Virus record (IMG/VR): IMGVR_UViG_3300020440_000009
Span: 1 to 64,000 of that record
Source of the DNA: a virus
Lineage: Duplodnaviria; Caudoviricetes
Strand: one strand, 5' to 3'
Length of the DNA stretch: 64,000 nt
This document shows positions 10,501 through 19,728 of this stretch, in pieces. The first letter of the stretch is position 1. Each line of letters opens with the position of its first letter. Both the position numbers and the translations under genes were made by a program. The notes below the pieces were generated by a model. It made no database searches and was not told where the DNA came from. It worked only from the letters and a program-made list of their open reading frames with translations.

Positions 10501-13500
10501 ATCCATGTGAATTTATATCGTCTATATTATATGATTCACCTACTCCTATGGTATACACTCCTCTATTTCTTAATAATGCACTTGTTGAATCCCAGTTGGT
10601 TGGATAAGGAATAACACCTTCGTCTCTTCTACTAAACCGCTTAGACGCATAATCAAATCCTTGTACTGGATGCCTCACATAGTCATCACGATATTTTATG
10701 GCATCATTTGCAGGGTGAAACGAACCGGATATAAAAGGTGTTTTACCAAAAATGTTTTTTCCGTTGGTGTCATAAAAAAATAAAGTGTTTGGAAGGAACC
10801 CTCCAGTGTTAAACACAGTATCATAATTTTTGAAATTTCGTTCAAACTGAGATTTGTCTTGATCTGACGCATAATCATGCTCACCTTGAGAGTGTCCTAT
10901 TAAATTAGAACAACCAGCTCTCATTGTTTTATCTTTATCACGATAAAAAACTAATTTATAATATTTAAATGCTCTAGGTGCAGGACCAGCTTGTCTTTGC
11001 TGAACGGCCACATCTCTAAGTTCAAGTCTACCATCAAAATTAGGCTCATAATTCTCAGGATTTGTTCTCAAAGGTTGTATTGTTTCTAGTTCGTCATAAT
11101 GATCTCCAGGATCGTGTCCTTCTAAAGCTGTAACTTGTCTATAGAAGGATGTGTCTAAGTTTTGAGGATCAATATATCCTATAGTTCCTAATCCACCCAT
11201 TAATGAAAACCATGTGTCAGTCCAGTTAAAACCTGTACCGAAATATTTAGGGTCACCATCATCATCGACAGGATTAGTTATTGGATCAGTAGATTCTGGA
11301 CCAACCGTACCGTCATCTCTGTATCTAGCATCCATTAATCTCTGAGGTGCAAACATTTTAGTTCTACAAAATTCTTGTAATTGTGCAGGTGTTGCCTGTG
11401 GATACCTATCGAGTAATAGTGCCAGCATACCTACTACTCCTGGACATGATACTGAAGTTCCTCCCCATCTAGAGTTGTAACCACCGTCACCGGCAGCCAT
11501 TACTTCATCACCGTTTATCGTTATATCAACACCGGGTCCTCTAGTTGAGAAATAAGACATAGGCTCTTGAGTTCCACCAGGTTCATTTAAATGTTTCTGA
11601 ACATCAAAAGTTTGGGCACCAACCGTAATTGTGTTTTTTCCTTTTAAACCACCTCTACAATAGTAAAACTTCGTCTTTACATAACTATCATAAACAGGAG
11701 CCAAAAAGGTCGCATAGTTGTTGAAATCTAGTTCTCCAGGTATTGATATTTTATTATCACTATTACCGGCTGAATTGCAAAATATGACACCGGCATCTGT
11801 CATGTCATCTATTAATCGAGCAATAGACTCTCGATAATGTAACAACACGCCATTAGCAAAAGAAATACCATACTTCATTAGTCCTGCGTGTCTTCTTAAT
11901 AATTCCTGGTTTGTTATATATCTATTTCTAAACATAACACTAGTACATTGACCAAATTGAATTGAAGCGGGGAAATAACCAGATCGTATGATATTACTCC
12001 ATGAGGCATTGACAATAGTTGGTCTTCTCGCCATGACTCCAGGTCTTATTTCTTCAATAGGTTTTGATAAATGAAATCTTTTAATTACGTCCCATCTTAT
12101 ACTTTCTGGTATACCTGGACGACCTGTATAACTCCACATGTCTAAACTATATATTCTGGCGCCTTTTGCCCAACCATATCTTTTACCTGCGGCCGCCATA
12201 GCACAAGAAGTTGCATGTTGTGAATTATATTTATTATCATACTTATTACTAGCTCTTAATTTACTTTGTTCACTTGAGCCATCGGGATATAAAGCACCCC
12301 AATCATATCGAACAAATCTAGAATTACCATCTTTATCTTCCCATTCTTCATGATCTGGTTTTACAGCACCTTCTTGTATTACAATGTCCACATTAGAACC
12401 GTCATAATCCCAAGACCATGTTGTATTAAATCTTTGTTGCTCTGGTAATATTTTAGTTTCATTTATAATATTCTGTATATTTCTTTCACCAGGATTGGAT
12501 ATATTAGCATCATCTTCAAGAAACATTGAACTAGCTGTTATAAACCTTGTTCCAGATAATGCTGTTCCTGTCCAATCCGCTTCCCATAACTCAACTTTAG
12601 GTGAAACAGGTAGATTGTCATTGGCAGATGGAGAAGTCCAGTTTGCAGAGTCTATGACTCCAATAGGTGAACCTGTAGCTTTAATTATATTATCATTTGT
12701 GTCTTTAAAAGTCCATTTGTAAGTATGTGTTCCGTCTTCTATTGAAGAAACAAGTACATGTTCAAATTTTTTATTATTTGGACCATTGTAGTGTCCTTCT
12801 CTATCTTTAAAATATTGACCATCGGCAAAATCAGGTAGTGGTGTTTTTAAATCTCCGGAGGTTTCTTGATAATTTGTATTACGCATTATCGTAGTGAAAT
12901 CAGAGTAGTTTGAAGTCCAATCAGGATTTGTCCAAGGGTAAAAGTGAGTGCTTTGGGTGAAAAAGGCATCTAGTGAATTTAATTTGTTATTACCTACTGA
13001 ACTATACGTCCATCTGTGATCACCGTTAGCTAGAATATTATACTTCCAAACAGGTCCGCTTTTATCAGGTTCACCATCAATTTTAAAATACCTGTAGTAA
13101 TTATTTGATTCATATACAAAAGGATGTCTGGTAAAAGGTCCTTGTAAATCCTCTCTAGTGGATGATTTAGTAATAATTCTATTTATCGCAAATCTTAACT
13201 GTTGATTTGCGGCCTTTAACTGACCATTGGTACCTAACCAATTACCTTCTGCTGTACCATCGTAAAAATTCCAGTCATCTGCTTGTTCATAATACATAGT
13301 CCAAATACCATTACCTCTATAATCTATGTATTGTACAGTCCATCTGGTATTACCATTCGGTCGTATGGTCTTTATCGCCTCAGCCCTAGGAAAACTTGTA
13401 TTAGGATTATCTTCGTTGTAGCTACCGAAATACCTGAAATAGTAAAAATATCCTACCCATCTTTCAACTTCACCCTCGACAGGATCTTCTCCTCTTAAAC

Positions 13501-14062
13501 CACCTACTAGTCCTTTTTGAAATCCGACATAATTTTTAGTTGTAGTATAATAAGAATCTTGCTTATCGTTTTCAACTGTTACATTTGCCACTTCGGTTAT
13601 AGAGAAGTCTTCTGCTACATTTGTTTCAAAAGAGACTGGTGCAGACTGTACATTATGATCACCAGGAAAACCAGATAAAACAAAAGACTTTGTAGTGTGT
13701 CTCCAAAGCTGAAGATTATCATCAATATCGTGATCAGGATGATTTGCACCTAAAGTCTGACCTCTACCTGGTGGATCTGCCTGATACCTTGGCTCCGTAG
13801 TTGGAAGAATTGATATTGATTGTGTTCCAGCATCACATAATACATCTTGATAAGGTCCATCAAGACGGGGTTCGTCTTCAATTATGTCAATGAGATAACC
13901 ACTTTCTATTAAAGTATCTAGCTGGTCTTTTGTAACACTGGCCTTAAAAGTCTTAGACTTTTTATTTAACATAGTGTAGTCACAATTTACCAAACTAAAT
14001 ACTTGCTTTGTGGTGATATTCTTTTTTATTGTTGCTACTATGGGTAGTATTTCAAGACTCAT
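7520..14062 (-). CDS. Giant virion structural protein with a subtilisin-like (S8) serine protease domain and a C-terminal Fn3-like domain
   Basis: Subtilase motifs in order: VDIVIQEG, QHATSCAMAAAG..YGWAKGARIY, IVNASW, GVIFCNSAGN, TITVGA, YFSTRGPGVDI, GGTSVSCPGVVGMLALLL...P.ATPAQL. Embedded in the baseplate operon. Confidence 0.85.
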   Translation of the reverse strand: MSLEILPIVATIKKNITTKQVFSLVNCDYTMLNKKSKTFKASVTKDQLDTLIESGYLIDIIEDEPRLDGPYQDVLCDAGTQSISILPTTEPRYQADPPGRGQTLGANHPDHDIDDNLQLWRHTTKSFVLSGFPGDHNVQSAPVSFETNVAEDFSITEVANVTVENDKQDSYYTTTKNYVGFQKGLVGGLRGEDPVEGEVERWVGYFYYFRYFGSYNEDNPNTSFPRAEAIKTIRPNGNTRWTVQYIDYRGNGIWTMYYEQADDWNFYDGTAEGNWLGTNGQLKAANQQLRFAINRIITKSSTREDLQGPFTRHPFVYESNNYYRYFKIDGEPDKSGPVWKYNILANGDHRWTYSSVGNNKLNSLDAFFTQSTHFYPWTNPDWTSNYSDFTTIMRNTNYQETSGDLKTPLPDFADGQYFKDREGHYNGPNNKKFEHVLVSSIEDGTHTYKWTFKDTNDNIIKATGSPIGVIDSANWTSPSANDNLPVSPKVELWEADWTGTALSGTRFITASSMFLEDDANISNPGERNIQNIINETKILPEQQRFNTTWSWDYDGSNVDIVIQEGAVKPDHEEWEDKDGNSRFVRYDWGALYPDGSSEQSKLRASNKYDNKYNSQHATSCAMAAAGKRYGWAKGARIYSLDMWSYTGRPGIPESIRWDVIKRFHLSKPIEEIRPGVMARRPTIVNASWSNIIRSGYFPASIQFGQCTSVMFRNRYITNQELLRRHAGLMKYGISFANGVLLHYRESIARLIDDMTDAGVIFCNSAGNSDNKISIPGELDFNNYATFLAPVYDSYVKTKFYYCRGGLKGKNTITVGAQTFDVQKHLNEPGGTQEPMSYFSTRGPGVDITINGDEVMAAGDGGYNSRWGGTSVSCPGVVGMLALLLDRYPQATPAQLQEFCRTKMFAPQRLMDARYRDDGTVGPESTDPITNPVDDDGDPKYFGTGFNWTDTWFSLMGGLGTIGYIDPQNLDTSFYRQVTALEGHDPGDHYDELETIQPLRTNPENYEPNFDGRLELRDVAVQQRQAGPAPRAFKYYKLVFYRDKDKTMRAGCSNLIGHSQGEHDYASDQDKSQFERNFKNYDTVFNTGGFLPNTLFFYDTNGKNIFGKTPFISGSFHPANDAIKYRDDYVRHPVQGFDYASKRFSRRDEGVIPYPTNWDSTSALLRNRGVYTIGVGESYNIDDINSHGYRTAAGRALYKSRTYSDVASGVMNGYKFFNQDTAIFQAKTKNKETNIGFKLISTALPGYNFQLGRKFCQAYGWKAWNYSVNRDTGWSTDRHFDVQQHISRTWNHMIKLIAGDCAPGSHGWGIFYNTESSKQVKVRLNGFSLGTTSVPTALNVTKTDSVGGNTDAFTDLKFVGTTEGEYIARFNHVIPQTITVEGFTGSSSYANGTYTKQETLINGKSFWNSDTGNNRIEYAGTQWQINDKDEPGTFATLTADTEIPLETGWSLAGTFEGITPEGTPSLTYDVDPYLRRAYKFAKKTSTNTISDGSDTAPLASVGDWVLFIGSQLYNGTTGTLDEMSDIPIVKDYVAVNLDFGNGSSPASIVGFTISTNSTSITDRYPDGINGDYRPFLLSTNGRQLVQNWGATGKSQHSHPLSGGIWDWCHNYKKLIGKLDDMQSDGLREQRHYKELSIKYDYADSRWYILSQKSDGTDPEYLFRTNQYRHPMTPAPSGISENKWADWKRQRSNNYKSEGTPRHWIDMITPTQATDTDINGVSTLTWEVDPRNPYTGSTVGTLSVVSNQDFRSEVFMELDDAVQLGQVTSYLPPLMNSAGGGNVQAIDIFASDTGNYNDYNVHIGGISDLGKSPGSSQYFVPKFYKDKTIDVFPSDVIQNSRVYTEADVERGITYYDIAKGTPIDTRDPEGNYIYMSPIKSGEYSMDLISNEELQAPAVPKTAPSRVSNPRPIHESVGVPNQNLTLSWNHASNFDGYKIFFGTRFDPSTGIPTDTYMTETTDNQITIFAEPTANNTIFRWRVDPFNDNNFFDMIDTPDTIPNSTALSNDGITGTYRANSDFTTWTKTDEPNTYFELQRDTTFIGGDAYSDWVFYYVKPDGTTDTLNSMTFLSTDSNAIKFPYGATWSQAGPGEILLQSENFVNKVIGTTSGKQFQFTTLPAVEDTEDGGAGTIFKRGVLSADPVSAFNPVNNASEQSTDVGKLRWIEPGTRNLVLTGLGYIYE
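7760..8104. repeat. Direct repeat copy 2 of a ~340 bp coding module
   Basis: Same module, in frame near the C-terminus of the 2180 aa protein. Confidence 0.92.
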
Positions 14063-14096
14063 TTATTTTACCTTTTTTTATTAAAATGATAAGTGA

Positions 14097-14894
14097 TTAT
14101 TTCCAAGAACCCCAGAAATAATTGTTTCTCTGTGCTTCTTCCTCTGTAAACTTAACAAATCTTCTATTAAGTCTCCCTTTTCTTATTCCTGAAATTTTAA
14201 CCACAACAAAATCAGGAACTTCATCGACCGGATCTATAGATACTACAATTTTATCATCAACTACTTTTGCACCTACAACAGCAGGATCTGAAGCAACACA
14301 ACTTATAGCGTCTATTGTGTTTTCTTCACAAACATAGATAAATTCTTTATCTATCTCAGCTTCAATTATTAAATTTTCTTTATCATCATTTGATAGTAGT
14401 TTATAATCAGACAGATTAATCTTTTTTATATCTTCAAACCTAGTTTCAGGCATTTCAGTACAAGCCAATGAAACATAATCACCGTCTTTACTTGGTACGA
14501 TAGCATACTTATCAGTAGCTGAAAGATAGATTGTAGAGTTACCTCCTTCTTTTGAACCCGAAAGTGTGATACCATCACCAATGGTTGCAAGAGTGAGTCT
14601 GTGTATAGCACCTTCACCTACATTTACTCGTGTTGATCCTTCTGCGGAGCCGTAAACAGGGTCACCAGATAATGTTATGTATCTTAAGTCTCTAGCGTCT
14701 TCTAACGAACTTGATAAGTTGTTAGTTAATGAAAGATAGTTTAACTTAGTTGATGCATATCCTTGATTACTAAAACTAGTACCAGATGCTTCACCACTTA
14801 GTGATACTTGAAAGTAATCGGTATAGTTATGAAGTGTGTTATTGGGCCTCAAGGCTGATACTGCGTGTAATGTTGATACTTTTTTAATACTCAT
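14097..14894 (-). CDS. Hypothetical tail/baseplate-associated protein
   Basis: 265 aa ORF co-oriented and overlapping with the baseplate genes; Ser/Thr/Gly-rich N-half and a distinct charged C-terminal domain. Confidence 0.55.
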   Translation of the reverse strand: MSIKKVSTLHAVSALRPNNTLHNYTDYFQVSLSGEASGTSFSNQGYASTKLNYLSLTNNLSSSLEDARDLRYITLSGDPVYGSAEGSTRVNVGEGAIHRLTLATIGDGITLSGSKEGGNSTIYLSATDKYAIVPSKDGDYVSLACTEMPETRFEDIKKINLSDYKLLSNDDKENLIIEAEIDKEFIYVCEENTIDAISCVASDPAVVGAKVVDDKIVVSIDPVDEVPDFVVVKISGIRKGRLNRRFVKFTEEEAQRNNYFWGSWK

Positions 14895-17800
14895 ATTCGT
14901 TATCCTCGCTCCAGTTTGGTAACTCTGCTTCCACTCTAATTTTCATTTTCTTAAAGTCAGTAACTTTAAATCGGTAGTCTGTCATGATGAAGTAATCTCT
15001 ATCTGCGAACTCATCTTGTTCGTATGTTATAACTTCACCTGTTTCACCGTATGATAAATCATCTGGTGTTAACTTACCATTTTTACTAACTTCATCACGA
15101 ACAAATAAGTTTGTTCTAATTTTATATCCTCTACTATTTATACCATTTGTTGGGTAATATACAAAATTAAAGTCTCTACTTGATAAATTAATTGTGTTTA
15201 CATCTAGGCCACCAGCCGTCTTTATTCTTTCATAGCCTCTACTAGCTGAAATAGGTAGTCCTGATATTACTTCAAACACATTTGCAGACAATCTAAATTT
15301 ATCCTGAAAACACTGAATATTAATTGCTGAAGGAGTAAATGATCTTAAATCTAAGTATGAGTGATCGGTCGTATCACTGATACCTATACCACTAATAACA
15401 CCTGATATATCACCTGTTAGAGCAAGAGGTGGTATGCTTGTATTTCTGTACTTCCAATATTTTGTTGCACCTCTTTTCCCTGGATAAGACGAGTAGTGTG
15501 CCAAATCAGCTCCAGGGTAGAAGTAATGAATTGATTCCTGACCTAAATAAGTAGGTGACGTATTTTGTCTAATCTCTTTACCATATGGTTGATCATTCAA
15601 ATCATAATCAACAACAGTAATTGAGTTTTCTGATTTTTTGTAAAATGTTGTACCAGAAATATTGAAATCTGGTAAGCTTAGTTGACTGTAACCACTTGTT
15701 CTAGTAAGGAAAGTATCATTATATCTGTCAGTATTTAATCCACCTTCAAAAGTCTTTTTCCCTGGAAAATTATATATAGTACCAGTCACAGCTTCTGATT
15801 CAAATCCTATTGATAAGATTTCATTCGTAAATGTTGATTTAAATGTATTAATAAAAGGATAAGCCTCGTTGAAACAACAAACCGCACCGTTTCCTGTTTG
15901 AACAAAATACCCTTGTGTGTCCGGATCAAATAATTGATAAAAAGGTTGAAGAGAATATTCAGAATATGGAGTATCAGCCCTTGGTAATCCATAGCCTCTA
16001 TCAGAATTAACTGACACAACATTTAAAATGTTTTCTATTACATTTACACCAGCAAATTTATTACCTTCTGGCACTTGTATAAATTCTAAATCATGAGATG
16101 TATTTCTTATAAATTTAGTTTCATTATAGTTGGTTGTTGAATTGAATTCTTGTTCTATCAGACCAATATGAACTTTAGGATTAAAAGGATTTTCGGTAAC
16201 GATGTACATTGTATCTATATGAAATCCAAAGTCAAATATGTCATTACCAAATACGTTTATTTGAGAATGTAGGTTTGTATTTAAATTAGCTAAACTGTTA
16301 TTGGTATTTCTTGAAATGTTTAAATCTATAGCGGGTAAAGGTAAAGGATGATCATTCTTTCTTAAGAAGAGTGTACCAACTTCACTAAACTTATCTGAAT
16401 CCTTATAGAGAATATAATGATTTTCATAAACGTCAGTAGAATATTTGTATATAACTTTATTAACCAAGTCCAATATCTGATTTCTATATGTTGACAACTG
16501 ACTTTTAATTCTAGTAAGTTCTTGGTCTGTAAGTCCTAAATCACCATAATAAATGGCTGAGTTTGCAACAAACCATGCATCTGAAGAGGCGGCCGTTATA
16601 AATTTATTTAATGCATCATAATTAAAAGGACCATCTATATCCATTGCAGAGTTTGTTATAGTAAGTGTGTCATAATTTGTTGACTGCTCATACTTAGTTT
16701 GATAACCAATGTTTTCAATATTCTCTTTTCTCCAAGAGTTAGTTGTCCTACCACTTAAGTCTATTTGATTAACAATGTTAGTTGATAGATATGACGTAGA
16801 TGTACCTTCAGCTTCATAGTCGATAGCGTCAGTAACTAAATTAAACCCATCTTTTCTTTTTTCAACTATGTTATTGATATAAGGGTGTATCGCATAACTT
16901 GCGGTATTTTTGTTTTTAAAGTTTACATATGGTGCAACACCTATTGGTTTACCGGAATATTTCTGGAATATTTCTGAACCATTATCTAAAGTTATAGTAT
17001 CTATTATCGCAGGTGACCCAGCCGTAAGAACACGGTTAACAGCTATCCCTGCAAGTCCAACACCATTTTGTCTAACACCGGATAAGGCCGCATGTGAAGC
17101 TACATCCATTAAATCACCAGATGCTACACTAGAAAGATATATTGAATAAGCACTTGTCTGGGCACCTGAGGCCGCCCAGAAATAACCATTAATTGGTCTG
17201 AAAGGTGCACCAGTTACAGCAGGTAAGTCAATAACCACCGGTGTATAATATGCCGAAACGGCAGATAACGATGTGTCAGTAGATAGATATGTTGTTGCAG
17301 GACTAGGTCCAGATATTACAAGTTTAGTACTTCTATCACCTGGATAAAAGTTAACATAAGAATATGCCTGGAAGTAATATAAATCTCCTACAGCGGATGT
17401 TGCAGGTTGTGTACTCAAATGTAAGTGAGCGGCCGTATATCCTTTTTGATTTTTAGGTAGATTCCCTGAGAGACCTATATATACGGCATTAAAAGCTGAT
17501 ACTACTTCCTGTTCTGCGAAATAACCACCTACTCCATATTCATCTCTACCAGAAGGAACAGATGATAGGAAACCACCATATTGTGAACCCGCTGAAAGTC
17601 CCGCTGTTGTTATTTCAGTGTAAGAATCACTTGTTCCATAAGTACCATGGAAATGATCTCGAACCCATCCCGACGGGTTATTTGCATTAGTGTATACATC
17701 ATTAAGTTTTGAGGTGCTTTGTTTTTGAACATACTTGTTCATCAAGTTACCTTTTGATGTTTCCGGCTCTTCATCTAAAACAAGATTTTTAGGACGTGAA

Positions 17801-19728
17801 ATTAATGAAGTTAAGGTTGTAGTTATTGAATCTTCCGTCTGATAGGCCGCACCTGCATTAAAGATTGTATTCAAGAAGTCTGTTAAGCTTAAATAGTATT
17901 CGTCATTATCAGTTGTATTAAGATCGAGTCCTACTATGTTTCTATAAAAGTCAACTATTTTACCAGAAGGTATTTCGTCTGATCTTGTGCCACTTAATGA
18001 AGGTTCCCAGTATCTATCATTAAGTGCTGAAGCTGTAACATACTGTGCTTCAACTGCTGATATGTTCATGTACTCGGTTGTATCATAGTACTCAACGATG
18101 TCTATATCAAAATTTGGTAATTCACTTATCTCCTTTGTTGACATAAGTTCTTGACCATCACCTGTAAATCTCCAGTTTTCGGAGTGATTATAGATGTACT
18201 TCCTCATGAAGTCTTTTGTCAATATTTTTATTATTAAATTAGTACCCGTTAAATTGTGCTTCCTAACGATTCTCTTAAGTTCTTCTCTAAAATATGATAT
18301 TTTAAAACATAAATTTCTTAACTTTTTAGATGTTCTGATTAACACATCTTCGTCTAATACATACGCATTGTTTTCATATTTTAATAGTAGATTAGTTCCT
18401 CCGGAAATCTCGAAGTATTGAGTATCGGGTGTGTATACGTTAAAAGCTGTTGATATATCTGAATTCATTCTATCAATGAACTTAAAATATGATTTAACGA
18501 CTCGTTCTCTTTCGGGTGCATATCTAGAAACATTACTATACTTTGTTCTAGTTTTCTCTCTTCTAGCTAATTCTAAATTTAAGATTATATTCTCTGATTT
18601 TGTATAGTTATCAAAGCTATCTTTATTTTCCTGTATAGCATCAACAATAGCTCTTTCTCTAAACAAACCTTTTATACCAAGATCGGACTTGGCCTGTTCT
18701 ATACTATTTGTTTTTTTATCTTGTGTTCCATATAAAGCTACATCAGCTATTTCTTCAGATATTGACTTCCAGATAGGTTTACCTGACAACGCCAGTTCGT
18801 TTTCTCTATACTTTAAAGAAACAAAAGAACTCAAACAATCGGTGAATACATCATCTACCAAATCTTGATACTTATTATCATCTGTATAGTAGATGGCACT
18901 AGGTATATCTGAAACTATATTCGTATATGCTGAAGCATACTTACTCATTGTAGAATATTGATAGTTACTGAAAAGATCGCTAGGTTGTGTACCTGATATA
19001 ACACCCCATATTTTTTCTCTAGTGCTTTTTGCCAAAACCTTAGGTGTTTTTAAGAGTAAGTTTTTGTTTATTGAGAATATATTTATTAACTCATGTATTT
19101 CAGTAGGATATTCAAAAGATAAAAAGTCTAGATTTCCTGTATATCCCAATTCATATGCCAAACCGGCTAGATACGTTACTTCACAGGTATCTATGTCACG
19201 AATATTTTGATTTAAATGTTTTATCTTCGAATATATTTTAGAACCTGTATCTTCTGACATGGCTGATACAAATTTCCAGAACGTAGTGTACTGATTCTCA
19301 AGGTCACCACCAGCTTTCGCCAATTCAAATCCCTTTCTCCAGGAATCATTACCTATATAATCAGAATATTTTTGTGTTATTGAAAACTCATCACCAAATT
19401 TTTTGAAATCTTTATATGGTACAGACTTTTTTGTTATTGTAGGTAGAGTAAATGTTACATTTGTCCATGTACCTGTATATTCACCTAACCAAGGATATTC
19501 GGCATTGGCATTACTCGATGCGACTATTGAACCTGAGTCTGTTATCTGCCATATTTTTCTATCAGAAGAATCTAAACCAACAACACACTCATAAGGTTCA
19601 TCTCCAATACTCCATATAGTTGTTGCATCAGTTATAGCACCTGAACCACGCTGTAGGTACATTGTATCTGAGTAAACAGGACTACTAGCTGGATAGCTAA
19701 AACTAAATTGTGAATATTGGCTCGGCAT
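14884..19728 (-). CDS. Large baseplate wedge protein (T4 gp7/P2 gpI-like)
   Basis: 1614 aa, coupled to gp6 by a TAATG overlap. The motif IRDIDTCEVTYLAGLAYELGY resembles the Tail_P2_I/gp7 wedge motif. Confidence 0.65.
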   Translation of the reverse strand: MPSQYSQFSFSYPASSPVYSDTMYLQRGSGAITDATTIWSIGDEPYECVVGLDSSDRKIWQITDSGSIVASSNANAEYPWLGEYTGTWTNVTFTLPTITKKSVPYKDFKKFGDEFSITQKYSDYIGNDSWRKGFELAKAGGDLENQYTTFWKFVSAMSEDTGSKIYSKIKHLNQNIRDIDTCEVTYLAGLAYELGYTGNLDFLSFEYPTEIHELINIFSINKNLLLKTPKVLAKSTREKIWGVISGTQPSDLFSNYQYSTMSKYASAYTNIVSDIPSAIYYTDDNKYQDLVDDVFTDCLSSFVSLKYRENELALSGKPIWKSISEEIADVALYGTQDKKTNSIEQAKSDLGIKGLFRERAIVDAIQENKDSFDNYTKSENIILNLELARREKTRTKYSNVSRYAPERERVVKSYFKFIDRMNSDISTAFNVYTPDTQYFEISGGTNLLLKYENNAYVLDEDVLIRTSKKLRNLCFKISYFREELKRIVRKHNLTGTNLIIKILTKDFMRKYIYNHSENWRFTGDGQELMSTKEISELPNFDIDIVEYYDTTEYMNISAVEAQYVTASALNDRYWEPSLSGTRSDEIPSGKIVDFYRNIVGLDLNTTDNDEYYLSLTDFLNTIFNAGAAYQTEDSITTTLTSLISRPKNLVLDEEPETSKGNLMNKYVQKQSTSKLNDVYTNANNPSGWVRDHFHGTYGTSDSYTEITTAGLSAGSQYGGFLSSVPSGRDEYGVGGYFAEQEVVSAFNAVYIGLSGNLPKNQKGYTAAHLHLSTQPATSAVGDLYYFQAYSYVNFYPGDRSTKLVISGPSPATTYLSTDTSLSAVSAYYTPVVIDLPAVTGAPFRPINGYFWAASGAQTSAYSIYLSSVASGDLMDVASHAALSGVRQNGVGLAGIAVNRVLTAGSPAIIDTITLDNGSEIFQKYSGKPIGVAPYVNFKNKNTASYAIHPYINNIVEKRKDGFNLVTDAIDYEAEGTSTSYLSTNIVNQIDLSGRTTNSWRKENIENIGYQTKYEQSTNYDTLTITNSAMDIDGPFNYDALNKFITAASSDAWFVANSAIYYGDLGLTDQELTRIKSQLSTYRNQILDLVNKVIYKYSTDVYENHYILYKDSDKFSEVGTLFLRKNDHPLPLPAIDLNISRNTNNSLANLNTNLHSQINVFGNDIFDFGFHIDTMYIVTENPFNPKVHIGLIEQEFNSTTNYNETKFIRNTSHDLEFIQVPEGNKFAGVNVIENILNVVSVNSDRGYGLPRADTPYSEYSLQPFYQLFDPDTQGYFVQTGNGAVCCFNEAYPFINTFKSTFTNEILSIGFESEAVTGTIYNFPGKKTFEGGLNTDRYNDTFLTRTSGYSQLSLPDFNISGTTFYKKSENSITVVDYDLNDQPYGKEIRQNTSPTYLGQESIHYFYPGADLAHYSSYPGKRGATKYWKYRNTSIPPLALTGDISGVISGIGISDTTDHSYLDLRSFTPSAINIQCFQDKFRLSANVFEVISGLPISASRGYERIKTAGGLDVNTINLSSRDFNFVYYPTNGINSRGYKIRTNLFVRDEVSKNGKLTPDDLSYGETGEVITYEQDEFADRDYFIMTDYRFKVTDFKKMKIRVEAELPNWSEDNEYEY

